A DNA stretch of 64,000 nt from Octopus sinensis (Eukaryota): NCBI RefSeq assembly GCF_006345805.1, contig NC_043005.1:82088001-82152000 (forward strand), in the 5' to 3' direction. The notes below the pieces were generated by a model. That model was not told the DNA's origin. It saw only the letters and a program-made list of their open reading frames with translations, and did not search any database. A program made the position numbers and the translations under genes. Numbering within the stretch: position 1 is the first letter of the stretch; the number at the start of each line of letters is the position of its first letter. Positions 12,728 through 28,672 of the stretch are shown in pieces.

Positions 12728-14333
12728 GAGAGAGACAGAGAGATGGATAGAGACACACGCACACACATAAAGTGATGGAGAATGAGGTCCGAGTGTGTGG
12801 GATTTTTGAAATATAGGTCAAAATATAGATCATTACTTAAAGATAAAGGATACGGAATAGACAATTATTAATTTTTGGGGAAATATATATTACAACTCGT
12901 AACAGTCTATACAGAAACACCGATGCACTACATACGTTTTAAATAATAAATGCATTCAATATCCAGAGCACGTTTCAGATCACAAATGCCAAGTAATTTT
13001 CTCAGACGATCACTGAAGCGTGCATTTGTACAATTACAGGAATGATACTCTAAGACAATATCTATGATGGAATTATCATTGCGTATACGCATAGAATTCA
13101 TTAAGAAAGTGAATGAGGTCTATACAGCGGTAGGAATACTGCAAAATATTGGACTTCATATTACGTTCTGCATGCTAATGGATTTTGTTTCCAGCAAAAC
13201 TTAGTTTTTATGTTATTTCGTTTTCCTTATTATTTTTGTAATTTGCTGGCAAAGAAAGAATTTTTGTTTCCTTTTAGTATCACTATTACTCGAAAGCTTA
13301 TCTGTGTTGTGTATTATAGTCTTGCTAGAGAGAACAATTGCAACAAATATCACAAAATATTAGAATTGCATTATTCTTAATGTTGATATTGTAATACTAC
13401 ATTTCGCTCTAGATTTAACAAAAATCTCAGATAACACATGAACGAAACTGACTGCTTATTTTGGTGTTCATTACGGCTTGAGGATGATTTTAACTCATTT
13501 CCTCTTCGCAGGTTCTGTTGTATTCTGTGAGGAAAACTTTGCAATCACTCTTCATTCGTACCTAAATGAATACGTGGAGAGTTTTAATGCTTTTTAGGAA
13601 TTCTCGCACATTCATACGTACACTAAAAGGCACGAACATAAATTAGCATTGATTGGCTAGTAGATTTAGTTAGTTAAATATTCGTTCCATTCTGTGCTTT
13701 TATCTGGGGTGTGACTTAGTTTGTCAGTAATGGTAGATCTATCGTACTGTATTAAAAGAACTATAAATACATGATTGCAAAATTACAAACTGTAACGTGT
13801 AATTTTAAAAATAAAAATATTTGGTATCTCTCACTGTTCGACGACAACACAGATTATATTTTCTTGCATATTGATTGAAAATCCGGTTTCAGCTAAACAT
13901 ATTCCTAGTCACCAGACGTCCTAATTTCTTACATACGACATAAGCTGAGTCATTTTTGCTTCTTCATTTCAAACATTAAATTACTTTCGATGATATTTCT
14001 ATTGTTGAGATTGATTTCTCTTGAACATATATTGACAAAGGAAATCAGATCCTATATTGGGTTTAGAAATCTATAGTTTATCTATATGAATTCTGCAGTG
14101 GAATACTATTTTGAAGACGTAACACCATCAGCTTCATGTTTGCATGAATTCATAAAACGGATATCCAGGGAAAGGTATTAGCAAATTCAACATCAACAAG
14201 GCTGTTCCACCAGGACAAGCCGAACGACAATAAGATTAATAGTGGAATCTGCCAAGTCGTGCGTTGAAAATGATCTATGAATATGCCTATGCATAGCTTC
14301 CTTCTGCTGCTTACACACACGAGTTTATATACA

Positions 14334-15415
<1,082 letters not shown>

Positions 15416-16515
15416 TGCATTCATGTATGTGTGTGTAGGTGTATATGCATACTATGGCCATTGGATTTGCATCTATTCGCGCATTTCATTCATGCAATGA
15501 ATCCATAACTGAAGTTTATGATCAATCTGCGCATCTATGCCAGAATGGCGTTGCTTCTTATGAAAGATAGTTGTTTCTTTGTCATTCGCGTATCTACATT
15601 CTAAGATAGATTATATTTTCTTTTCTTTTTTATAGTCAGTAGATTTGAAAAGAATTCACAAAGCATATTGGGTGCTGCATTCATCTTTAGGTATTTTTAT
15701 TATGCACTAACCTCTTATTTGGAATGTTATCTATGCACAAAGCATAAGAAAGTCACACGAGATTCGAATTATACTTTCATCTTAAGATATATATTTCTAT
15801 TATAAATGACTGTGCGTCCTATCATTTTTCCACACTACAATTCGATGAACTGCAGATTAATATTTTATTATCGCTCGATAATATTTGCTACCGGATCATA
15901 AATAATAAAACGACATTTCAGATGTAGTTAGTCTGTTTACCCCCAAAGTGCTTGATATATTTTTTCTCACAGTCTGTTCTGTTTCTTGGTAATTCGATTC
16001 GGTCAAGTTTAATTCGATGCAATCGTTGATTGCGCAAATCACCAGATCGATAGATTCTGGATAACCAAATAAAAAGGTTAATATTTCGCATCTTCTCATA
16101 GCTGTAGCTTGCTCTAATGGTCAAGCTACGTAACACGTCAGAAAGTGAGTTCACCTGCCGAATCGTGAATTAATAATGTAGTTTTGGAAGCACTTATAGT
16201 TCTAATGAAACATAGTGCTTCAGAATTGTTTCAAACAGAGATATAATCTGGAAACTCTGAAAAGAATTTAATCGACACAACATATGCTTGTATTTTACAG
16301 TTATTTTATTTTGTCAAATCTTGAACGGACGAAAGATAAATTTCAGTTTATCGGAATTTGAATGTAAGAAAAAAAGATCCAGCAGAAATGCTTCAATTTA
16401 ATATGTTCACCGCTCTACCATTTCTTACAGTCCTTTATAGTCATATGAGAGTGTCAGCGTATCCGACAACATATATTATGCTTTATAATTACTATATATT
16501 CTATTCTTATAATGC

Positions 16516-16743
16516 GGCGGGCTGGCAGAAACGTTAGCGCGCCGGACGAAATGCTTAGCGGTATTTCATCTGTCGTTACGTTCTGAGTTCAAATTCCGCT
16601 GAGATCGACTTTGCCTTTCATCCTTTCGGCGTCGATAAATAAAGTACCAGTTTCGCACTGGGGTCGATGTAATCGACTTAATCCGTTTGTCTCTCCTTGT
16701 TTGTCCCCTCTATGTTTAGCTCCTTGTGGGCAGTAAAGAAATA
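16516..16743 (+). mobile_element. Meta/Sauria-type tRNA-derived SINE (family B) inserted in the tail of a family A SINE
   Basis: Core GACTTTGCCTTTCATCCTTTCGGCGTCGATAAATAAAGTACCAG; flanking 16-bp direct repeat TATATATTCTATTCTT (16493-16508, 16744-16759). Confidence 0.9.
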
Positions 16744-16751
16744 TATATATT

Positions 16752-16964
16752 CTATTCTTTTACTTGTTTCAGTCATTTGACTGGGGCACCGTCATTTGCA
16801 GGAGCACCGTCTTTTAGTCGAAGAAATCGACCCCTGAACTTATTCTTTGTCAGACTGGTACTTATTCTATCGTTCTCTAGTGCCAAATCGCCAAGTTACG
16901 GGGATGATATAAACACACCAACATCGGTTGTCAAGCGATGGTGGGGTACACACAGAGACACAAA
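16752..16964 (-). mobile_element. Family A SINE 3' half
   Basis: Reverse complement of the family A tail and mid-region. Confidence 0.85.
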
Positions 16965-17940
16965 ACACACACACACGCACAAACACACACATATTGATAC
17001 GAGAATGTGTTGTCCTTGGGAAGTAATATAGCGGGTATCATTTGGGCATATAACATGGAATCTGAATCTATAGAGTTCCCCATAACGTGACAGCGGCATT
17101 TTCTCTCAGAAAACAATAGTTTACAGCAGTGACACCTGGTCTATGCCTAGCCGATTTATGTGTATTTTTCCATTTGACCCCTAATCTCTTCTACACCATC
17201 AAAATTCGAAATGAGATAAATAGCTGCCTACACCAGTTTTCCCAATGTTCTCGGTGATATGCCTCTCTTTCTAGTTATTTTGCAATTATTATAAATACTA
17301 GGGTTTCGTTGAGCCGAACCAGTTGGTGAAATGTGATGACCAAGCTCGGACAGCCATGATGCATACAACTTACGCCTACTCTTTCACTAGCCTATCTTTC
17401 TCTAACAAATGTCATTCTATTTCTTTCTCCGCTGCTGCTTAATTGACAGGCCGAATGAAAGTATCATTGTGTCTTCCTCCTGAACTCGATGTCATTCTAT
17501 CTTCCTCCCTTCCCTGTAGTGGGAGATCAAAATAAACGGTAACAACTTACAAGAACATAAAAAGAACGGCATGCGTAGAATTTGAAAAATACAATGGAAA
17601 TACGACCGCAATCCTCGACATTGGACTTTCTGCCATCAAGAACTGACATGCTCAATTATTTTCTAACGGCTCTGTGATTGGGACTGAATTATTTTGTATC
17701 GGCTCTGCCTGTTGTACTCAAATATATTATAACCGATCTGTGCTGTCATTGTTCTGAAATTTTGCCATCTTCTTCAATACATAACGGAATCGTACAAACC
17801 TATTTGTTCTATTTTGCTGTTCCCTTTGTCTAACCGTAATACACACACACACACGCACACACACACACGCACACACACACACACACACACACATACACAC
17901 ACACACACAGCACACACACACACATATATATATATATATG

Positions 17941-18098
17941 TGTGGGCTTCTTTCAGTTTCCGTCTGCCAAATTCACTCACAGGCTTGGTCGGTCCGAGGC
18001 TATAGTAGACGAGAGTTACCCAAGGTGCCGCGTAGTGGGACTGAACCCGGAACCACGTTGTGGGCAGCAAGTTTCTTAATACACTGTCACTCGTGCCC
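17941..18098 (-). mobile_element. Family A SINE 5' half (tRNA head plus CORE)
   Basis: CCCAAGGTGCCGCGTAGTGGGACTGAACCCGGAACCAC matches the reverse complement of the family A head. Confidence 0.85.
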
Positions 18099-19663
18099 GA
18101 ATGATTGAACATCTATCAGGAACAGCCGTGTATGGGTGCTTCGTCCGATGTATTACGACTAAATGCTGATCGATTTCTTTGAAGTCTCTGGATATACGAT
18201 GTACATAACTTTTCACCAATCAAATTATCAGATTCAGAAGAAGACATGCACAAATGCAGCAATAATATTACAACATGCAATATATATATCATAATAATAA
18301 TAATAATAGGATATCTACCGGCTTCCCGAAGCTACGAAACAATTTCACACTTTTGCTTTGTGGTAGACAATATTCATCTTAACACACTATTATGGTTTGG
18401 AAGTACCACTATACAAATATAACCTATTTCTGTACTCTTAGTTACAAGACATTCCTGAAGCATAAACAGGAAATGAATATTCAAAATATATATTTTGTCG
18501 GTAACGCTTGTGTATCTGACTCGTCAAGATAAATTTCTTAAATTATTTACAATCATCATAACTTTATTCTAAGTTCAACTCACAGTGTTGCTACTCATAT
18601 TGTATTTTTCACCACTGTGAGTCGATGGAATAAAATAGCATTGATTATGGTGGCGCTGAGTTTTTTTTTTTTTAATATCGTTCCTCAACACAAATGTCCT
18701 TATCCCTATGGATTCAATCAATAATAGTAATATCGAATATTCCTTTCTTTCACGTTTGTATTTTTTTTTTGAATATGTTTCAAAAAACCATTTCAACTTA
18801 AAAATGAGCCGAACGTTTATCGATAAAATACTATTTTTTTTTTCCTACAGACTGTAGCAGATGATATTTCAGACGTAAGACATTAATCTAATAATGTAAC
18901 ATTAAGTTTAACAATAAGCCCTTGTTGAAAGTTGGCTGCATAGGAGAACTGCAAATACTCTTAGACTTAAAACAATTCCAATTACTGCTGGCATCATCAT
19001 CATCATCATCAAGATCATTGTAGTCGTCGTCATTGTTATAATATTTGTGATTATTATTGTTATTATTATCTTCATCATTGTCGTCGTCGTCGTCATCATC
19101 ATCAACACCATCTTCATCATCACGTTTATTCCTATTTCTCATCCTCCAACGGAAAAGCAAATACAAATATACAAATTTATGCAGCAAAATGAAAAAGAAA
19201 GAAAAATATAAGAAGGAAAAGGAAAAGGGAGACGAAAATCAATTGCACAACACGATTTCGCTTTATAAATTTCCTTTTAAGAAATAAAGATTATAATTTC
19301 GAGAGCCTAGATTTGAAGACGTATATTACAGAATACGTTTGGCTCTTTATTACTCTCATAGAAGTATTTAGGTCGAAGTTCGTGTAATACAGACTATTTA
19401 GAGCTGCATTGTGTAAATTTTCGTGTTTTTTTTTTGCCCTTTTTTTTTTGAGAAACGTAAACGAAAACGAAAGCATTCAATTATTAAGTATTAGATGGAG
19501 AAATAATGGGATTCATATTTGAAATCGATCTATGTTCACTAAAATGAATATGTAAATGATTCAGACAATTTATTCACTATTATCATTATTATTATTATCA
19601 ATATTATTTTCCTTATTATTTTTAGTAAAGGCTTTATCATAATTATTATTATTATTATTATTA

Positions 19664-19695
<32 letters not shown>

Positions 19696-20429
19696 CATTA
19701 TTCCAGAAATAGATTCGACAAACATTTCTAGTATTAACCGAATTTTTTTTTCTCAGTATTTGAGGTCAAACCAACCTTGGTATGCACGATTCAGTGTTAT
19801 TGTCTGCAATTTATACTGAAACAGACTAGAGGAGAAAAAAAAATCATTCATGATTTATAATGAAGTGAAAATATGAGAAAATCAAAATAGAAGTTATCTT
19901 TTTCTTAAACTGTATGCTGAAAGAAAAAGCCGCACATTCTATTGAGTTATAATTTTCTCTTGGTTCTTCGTACGTTAAAGAAAACTTAAATTTAATGTTA
20001 TATATCACACGAGGTTAAATCAAAATGTAAACGTGTTTCTATTCTATGTTATTCTAACCGCAGCGGGCTTAATTCTTTCAAACTTGGGCACAAGCCAAGG
20101 AATTTTGAGGTTAGAAGCTAGTTAAATAGATGGACCTCATTCTTTTATGGTATACTATTTTATCGACACCAAGGATGAAAAGCACAGGATTTGAGCTCAG
20201 AACGTGAAGTAGCTTTATGGCAATTTTTTCGACGCACCAGTGATTATGTCAGCTCACCAGATTCTGTAGCGTGAATAGTCGAGAAAGCTGCTTACCTGAA
20301 TGCACCTAGGTTATCTTATATGGGGAAAAAAAACCATTCTCATATTATAGACAACTCCTCAAAATATCTTTTCTTTTACTTGCTTCATTTATTAGAATGT
20401 GGTCATGATGGGGCAGCGTCTTGGAGTAT

Positions 20430-20760
20430 GTTTTTCATGAAGGAATCGATTCCAATACTGATTTTTAAAAATCTGTTACTTATTCTATCCGTTGCTTTTT
20501 GTTGAAGCGTTAATTTGTTGGTGATGTACTCGCACCAGCACTAGGGGTGGTTGTGGGTGAACACAGACACAAAGACACACACGCACAAATATGCACACTG
20601 AAAAATACGCGCATGCACACACACATATTTATATATATACACACACACATGATGGGCTTCTTTCAATTTCCGCCTCCGAATTCAACTCTCAAGGCTTTGG
20701 TCGTCCCGAGGCTTATAGTAAAAGACACTTGCTTAACGTGTCCCACAGTAGGATTGTGTA
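20430..20760 (-). mobile_element. Degenerate family A SINE
   Basis: GGGCTTCTTTCAATTTCCGCCT...AAGGCTTTGGTCGTCCCGAGGCTTATAGTAAAAGACACTTGC similarity. Confidence 0.7.
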
Positions 20761-21429
20761 CTCTTTCACTTTTTCTTTACCTCTTCTGTCATTCTGTCTA
20801 TATGCATATCTGCTCAATATGAGTTGTCTTAAGGATATCCATTTACCTGGCTCCCTCTAGCGCTCTCCATGTATATATGAGTTTTTGGGTGTGCACGCGT
20901 GTGATGTGTGTGTGTGTGTGCAATTACATGCTTGTGTATCGTAGTGCATGTATTCGTATGTATACATATGCTTCCCGTAAATTGTATTATTGGCACAAAC
21001 ACACAGAAAGACAGACAAGCACACACACACAAACACATAAATACGCACATTCTCAGATATATAGCTAATAATTCACACAAAATACGTCTGTTTTATAGCT
21101 GTGCTTGATGTCTGTGGGAAAAAATCGTTTAACAGCTGTCAATATTGTCATTACGCTTTAACTATTTATCATCGATCGTAGCAATATTTTTGAGGACATA
21201 CAATATACGAGAGATGAGACTGAATTTATACACTTTTGAAATATTTTGACTGGCGTTCTTATCGATTATATTTTACCCATACAGTGAACGTACTTATATA
21301 TATTATCAGTCAAAGTCTAGTAACGGAAGTAATAGCAATAAGATATTTAATTATATGTTAATCATGCTATCGCCTTAACAAGAGGTCATTGTGGGATATA
21401 ACATCGAATCATCATTAATAGTATTTTTA

Positions 21430-21585
21430 AATGTAACACACTCACCGGTAAAATTACCACTTGTTTCTTATTTTTATTTTCCTAAAATTTTCGTTGCACC
21501 TTGCAATCTTTTCAAAAGTTGCAAGACGCAACCAAAGTTTTAGGAAAATAAAAATAAGAAATTTTACCGGTGAGTGTGTTACATT
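21430..21585. repeat. 156-bp fold-back (near-palindromic) element
   Basis: 26-bp perfect IR (21430-21455 / 21560-21585), 23-bp perfect inner IR (21465-21487 / 21538-21560), further TTGC...GCAA pairing at the centre. Confidence 0.92.
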
Positions 21586-22256
21586 ATAAGTCACAAAAAG
21601 AAAATGACTCTCCCCAGACACAACAGAATATGCTTCAACACACTAACTCATATAAAGAATCTTTCAAACAAAATCCCAAAACGAAATAATTTATAATCAT
21701 TTAAAAAAGCTAGAAGCTATTTGATAAAACTTTCAGCGAACCACGCTGTGTGAGGATAGAAGAGCGTCGGTACATGAGAAATGCTTTTAACCACGGTTTT
21801 ACTCCAGGCTTAGAAACAATACACAGAATAATAATATAACTATCGTTTTACAATAAACGTATTTAATGTTTGGTTTTACAAATATAGCATTTTGTTTTCC
21901 ACTTAATCATTATGGAAGCAGTTAATGCACAGTTTAATTTTGTTATTATTGACATACAAGTATTATCGAATTAGATAAGTTTTAATATCAATTACATCTT
22001 GAAGCGTTAACGTTGCACATTTTCACTGTTTAACAGGAAATCTAGGAACACAGTTTTCAATTTAAAATACAATTTAAATCGAGTTGAGCATATTTGAATT
22101 TTCATTTAGTTATCATTTTATTGAATTTAATTTCAGCACTTCATTAAAACTTACAGTAATTAATCAAAGCATGGCTTATTGATTATGATAATACATGATC
22201 GTTATGAGTTTTAATTCACTTAAACGCATACCAGTTATCCTATATATATGTATATA

Positions 22257-22302
<46 letters not shown>

Positions 22303-22387
22303 GTAATATATATGCACATATATGTATATATATATATATGTATATATATATATGTATTATATATATATATATGTATATATATGCACA

Positions 22388-22459
<72 letters not shown>

Positions 22460-22476
22460 GCACGCTTACATTTGTG

Positions 22477-22532
<56 letters not shown>

Positions 22533-22876
22533 CGTACACACATACATCATGCATACATACATACATACATATATTTATATATATATATATATATATACGT
22601 ATATACTCATGACAAATTGGTACAAAATATTCGCGTGTCACAAACATCATCGCTCTGAATCGTTGTCAAGCTTATACGAATCTGATTGAACTCCTCAGCA
22701 AGAGAAAATATGCTGCATCAAGGCAAGGCTGAGCTACATAACCAGCGAGTTTTAGTTGTATGTGAATAAACATCGTATTGTCCTATATATGAACGCGAAA
22801 AGTAAACATACATTGAAAGTTCAATGGTGTAAATTAATTTACCTTAATTGTGTCTTCGACAATTAATAAGTACCAC

Positions 22877-22921
22877 GAAAATCAAATACTGAAGAAAATC
22901 AAATACTGAAGAAAATCAAAT
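22877..22921. repeat. 17-bp tandem repeat (GAAAATCAAATACTGAA) x2.6
   Basis: Directly visible. Confidence 0.9.
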
Positions 22922-23247
22922 CGTTTACACCGTACCACAAAATATTTGGTCTTTTGCTACTGGGAGGCATACAAACTTTTTTACACGTGGCAACGTGACC
23001 AAAACTTCTTAGGGAAATATAATAATAAGAGGAAATAGAGTTCAGTTATATTGCTGTCATCTTCTCGGGATGTATATTTCTTTTCACAATACCACTCTGA
23101 TCTAGTACTTCTACGCTAAACTGTATCGAAGCTCGTTTGCATTTTCCACACATATATGTTCTTGCTCTGAGAATATGTATGTACGAATGTGTATATGCAA
23201 GTAAGCACCATTTCTGCATATATATATATATATATATATATTTGCGT

Positions 23248-23289
<42 letters not shown>

Positions 23290-24504
23290 ATACACATATT
23301 TGTGTGTATATGTGTATGTATATTCACACAAACACTTTTAAAATATGGCTCTCGAAGTTTAGCTATGAAATACCTGAAATAGATTATACGCAAAAGTCTA
23401 GTTTCATTGCTCGTGAGAGACCATCGAATTGTTGGAAATTGAAATATAGAACATTATGGAAGTGAGATAAAGATAAGTAATGTCAATTCTTGTAAGAGTG
23501 GCTTCAGTGCATTGTTGAACAAATTCTTATAAGCTTTTGTTGTCTATATCCATTAATTCCGGCCTTTAGCACGACGATACGAATATTCAGAAACCATTCG
23601 ATGAATTATGCCTGTCATACTATATCAAAGGAAAAAGTTTTAGTTAAAACTTATATTATAATTAACCCACAGTTTGTTTCTATGCAAGAACTTTTCCCTT
23701 TATACAATATGTAGTATGATGGTATGTTCATAGCAATCTCTACGGGGAATTTGCAACAAGACATTGGTTGCTCTTCCATAGAAACATTAGTTTAATCCTT
23801 GCTTCGAACGAAAGATGCAATTCCCCATACAGAATTGGTTTTGATCTCAAGAGATCATTTCGCCATAAAACTGTCATGCAGAATATATTGCAAACTATGA
23901 ACATAAATATATGTCAGGAACTTTGATTTTATGTCTTCGTTTTCCATATATAGATTGAGCGGCTCTAATCTCTATTTTCGACTAAGAACAATAATAAAGA
24001 TTTTCATTTAAATAAATATGAAATATGATTGTACATTTGTGGTATTTTCAAACGGTTTTTTAGAATAGTTTTCTGCGTCTCTGGATAAAGTATTCGTTAT
24101 AAATTAAGACGCCCAGATACGGTATGAAAATATTCATTCGATACATATACATGTGACTGTGTATAACGAAGGTCGCTTACTAACTATTGGATTCCAGATT
24201 CGATTTGAATGTGTGGCTTATTGAGCCAGCATCTCACTTGATCCATAGAATACGTGTGGAATTTCGTTGAACATAACTGTTTCTGTGCTTGTAAGTGGAC
24301 GTCTTTAGTTGAGGAGATTAAAAAATAAATAGTAATTTTCGAACGTATTCTTTATAGACGTTTGTTCCGAATCAACTTACTAACACACTCATGTTACATT
24401 TTCAATTGATAAACGTTGAACAATGTGGGTTGAATTGTCGGAAATCTGTAAATAAAGGCATCATGATTCAGAGATTGTCATATATTCGCACAGATGTAAA
24501 TATA

Positions 24505-24928
24505 GGGGCAGAAGTGGCTGTGTGGTAAGTAGCTTGCTTACGAACCACATGGTTCCGGGTTCAGTACCACTGCGTGGCACCTTGGGCAAGTGTCTTCTAC
24601 TATAGCCTCGGGCCGCCCAAAACCTTGTGAGTGGATTTGGTACACGGAAACTGAAAGAAGCTCGTCGTATATATATATATATATATATATGTTTGTGTGT
24701 GTGTATGTTTGTTTGTGTGTCTGTATTTGTCCCCCCAGCATTGCTTGACAACCGATGCTGGTGTGTTTACGTTACGTCCCCGTAACTTAGCGGTTCGGCA
24801 AGATAAACCGAAAGAATAAGTACTAGGCTTACAAAGAATAAGTCCTGGGGTCGATTTGCTCGACTTAAGGCGGTGCTCCAGCATGGCCGTAGTCGAATGA
24901 TTGAAACAAATGAAAGAATAAAAGAATA
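24505..24928 (+). mobile_element. Full-length family A CORE-type SINE
   Basis: GTGGCTGTGTGGTAAGTAGC...GGTTCAGTACC...CACCTTGGGCAAGTGTCTT, internal microsatellite, tail GGCGGTGCTCCAGCATGGCC...GAATAAAAGAATA. Confidence 0.92.
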
Positions 24929-25434
24929 CTCTCACAATATGCTTGTTCATGCATGTATGTGTGTGTGAATAAATACCTTACAATTAAACGAAGGCTTTAA
25001 TGCCGAAGGAATGTTTTGCCAAGATTCTTTCTGAAATATTTCAGCACTGAAGTAACTGCAGCAGTTTTAAAGACATATTTAAATGAGAATTCAAATTCTT
25101 TTGCCTACATCAAGTTTTATTATTGAGTCTCCGATACAACCCACACTCTACAGAAACTAGACATATATATTATTTAATTATGCTTTTCATTTACTTATTC
25201 CTCTCTTGTCTCTCTTCTTCTGACTGATGAAGTGAAGAACCCGAAACGCTCCATCTCATTCAATGATTTATATGAACATACGTTGTGTTTATTCTAATTG
25301 CACACATTGTTTGCTTCATATCATTTCACTTTCTATAGTTTTTTCATTACATGCTTCACTTGTAGAATTGTTTCTATATTATTTGTTTATCCACTCCTTA
25401 GATTATAATTTCCATCGTCATTCGCAGGCGTTTG

Positions 25435-25890
<456 letters not shown>

Positions 25891-25989
25891 TATACGTTCT
25901 TAAGATAATTTTACAAAGTTCAAAAGAATAGAAAACCTCCATAAATACATAAACAAGTAAACAACCTGCCAACAGGAATTTACGTTGTC

Positions 25990-26255
25990 TTGAATTTAGT
26001 GAGATCATTTTAAAACATGTAGCATAGATGAAGACTAGTACGCTTTAATAAATATATACTCGCTTCAGAAAAAAAAACTTTTATTTTCTAGAATCACAAC
26101 ACGTTCAGCTGTAATTTTGAATTTATTGAGATCAGTTTAAAAGATGTAGCATAGGTGAAGACTCGTACACTTTATTAAGTATATACTCACTTCATAAAAA
26201 AAAAAAAAGAGCCGCTTTTATTTTCCGAAACCACAACACTGTTAGCTGTAATTCA
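25990..26255. repeat. Diverged ~122-bp tandem duplication
   Basis: TTGAATTTAGTGAGATCATTTTAAAACATGTAGCATAG... recurs as TTGAATTTATTGAGATCAGTTTAAAAGATGTAGCATAG... Confidence 0.85.
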
Positions 26256-26591
26256 GCAACTTATGAAATGATTATCAAAGTTATTGATTTCCAATATTTT
26301 TTTCTTCAGCCAAGTCTGGCATGCTTCTTTCAGCGTTTGCTTCTGAATCTTGACTGAAGATATTTTTAATGCACATCTACACACGTATACATATATACTC
26401 ACTTACAAAAATACATACATACATACACATGTACATCATTAAAGCCTATAATATGTATATATGTATATGTATATATATATACATACATATATATATATAT
26501 ATGTATGTATATATATATACATATATATATACACACACATACACATATGTATATGTATATATATACATACATATATATATATATATATTAT

Positions 26592-26637
<46 letters not shown>

Positions 26638-26654
26638 CATATATATGTATATAT

Positions 26655-26729
<75 letters not shown>

Positions 26730-28562
26730 GATAGAGAGACAGACAGATACAGACAAACAGACACATAGATAGGTACATAGAGAGATAGATAGGTAGAGAG
26801 AGAGATAGAAATGTGAAAATTTGTTGTACGTCTTCGTCTTTTGCTTCGTATGAAATACTTTTCTGAATCCGTCGTTAAACTTGGGAAATTCAGTAACTAT
26901 ATTTGAGATATTTGATTTTTAAAATAATGTTTATGTTCCAGAAACTGAACTTAATCATCAACATAATTCGTGGATGGTCCAAAAGGGTGATAGTTGGATA
27001 ACGTCCATATTCCGAACTAGTCGTGCTCGGTAATCTTGCAGGAGATTGTACCGTTAGTCGCTTCTGATGTCTGCAGAAGTATTATGGGTATTTGTAATAT
27101 TTAAATAGGAACCGTTTGACTCTGATGTTTCTCATTCATTTCATAACACTGTCAGTCGGCAACAGAGCTTCGAAGTCCTTGTGTGCACATATATTACACG
27201 CACGCATATATGCACACGTAGCCCCCACCCCACACACATTGTCCCTGAAGTAGCAGATGGGATGTAGACCCCTGTCTTAAACTGAACTGAATATATCTTT
27301 AATATAATTTCTAAATGTTTCGGTACCATGTAACCTATGATGTTATATCATTTGTTTGTTGCTTTGGGATGTAATACACCAACAGGGTGTTTTGACAAGT
27401 AATTGGATGTGTAAACTCTCTACATTTTCTATTTGAAATCCATATTTCTATGTCCATTGTTTCGTATCCGTAATTGCATCTGATATGTTTTGGAAGCACT
27501 TAAGTGTCCAAATAAGACAAAACAACCTAGAATACGGAGTTATCTCCCTTACTTGGTGTTTGTTGATTTTATACGATCTCCAGAGACTTTATCTCGTAAT
27601 AATACGGTTAATCTGTGGATAATCTCAGTTAATTGAAGAATTCAACATACAGGAGACATTACCACCAGTATATTAAATCGACATTTTACTGTCTTGCTTC
27701 TCTCAGAGTACACGCCAAATGAGCTTTCAAACTGGAAACTGTTCAACTCGAATAAGTGGACAGATTCCAAGATGCTGGTAGAACTGGAGAAAATGTCACC
27801 TGTCATGCTAAATATCTTATAGTATATGAACTATAATCGTTTAATTTTTATGGTCTCCAATCGAAGCAATTAACTGCCATCAGAAATCGAAATCCTTTCA
27901 ACAGGCTTCGTATGTTTCACGGACAATTTTTGTTTGTAAATATGTGTGGTCTCTACATGATTCTAGGTATAGCATGCACATCTCTACAGCATCACACCCT
28001 AGCATATCTTATATTAGAATGGAAAACACGTTGGTTAATGAGGCCCGAGATGATCGAAAACCATAAAAGTTTTTTTCGCTAGAGTGAATTTGGTGATATT
28101 GGACCAGAGTTCACAAAAGAATTTTAAAAAAACCACAGCAACAAGGCAACAATAAATAGTTTATCGTTGAACGAAATGTAAAAATAAAATTTTATATTCA
28201 TTAATTTCTCTTAGAAATCAGAAAAAAAAAAGAATTCCAAGCCAAATTTGAAGAGAATATAGTATACTTACCGTTACTTTTGTTTCAGAATACAGATAAC
28301 TTATTTTTATTATATCCTAATAAAAACACCTCTTTCTACGTATCTGTCCGACATAAAAAGAAACATTGTCTCTTACTCGATATTCGTAGAACCATATATG
28401 ATATTTATGTTAAAAATTAAACATTCACATTCCTTGTGTTTTATTTTTAAAGCAATACAAACCGGAGTCCAAGAATAAAAGTAACGTTTACAGATTTATT
28501 TCTGTCAAGTCACAAAGAGCAATAAATACATGTAATATATGCATGTACCAATGTATGCATGC

Positions 28563-28603
<41 letters not shown>

Positions 28604-28622
28604 CAAGTACATATATATACAT

Positions 28623-28672
<50 letters not shown>

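Noticed and set aside
18578-18622. CACAGTG...CACTGTG inverted heptamers resembling RAG/Transib signals
   Set aside because: 10-bp IR with a 25-nt spacer, no nonamer, no TSD and no transposase nearby; compatible with chance.
24249-24290. 42-nt exon-like unit NTCGISLNITVSVL with a GTAAGT donor
   Set aside because: Lies within a decayed family A SINE; the donor corresponds to the SINE CTTGTGAGTGG segment.
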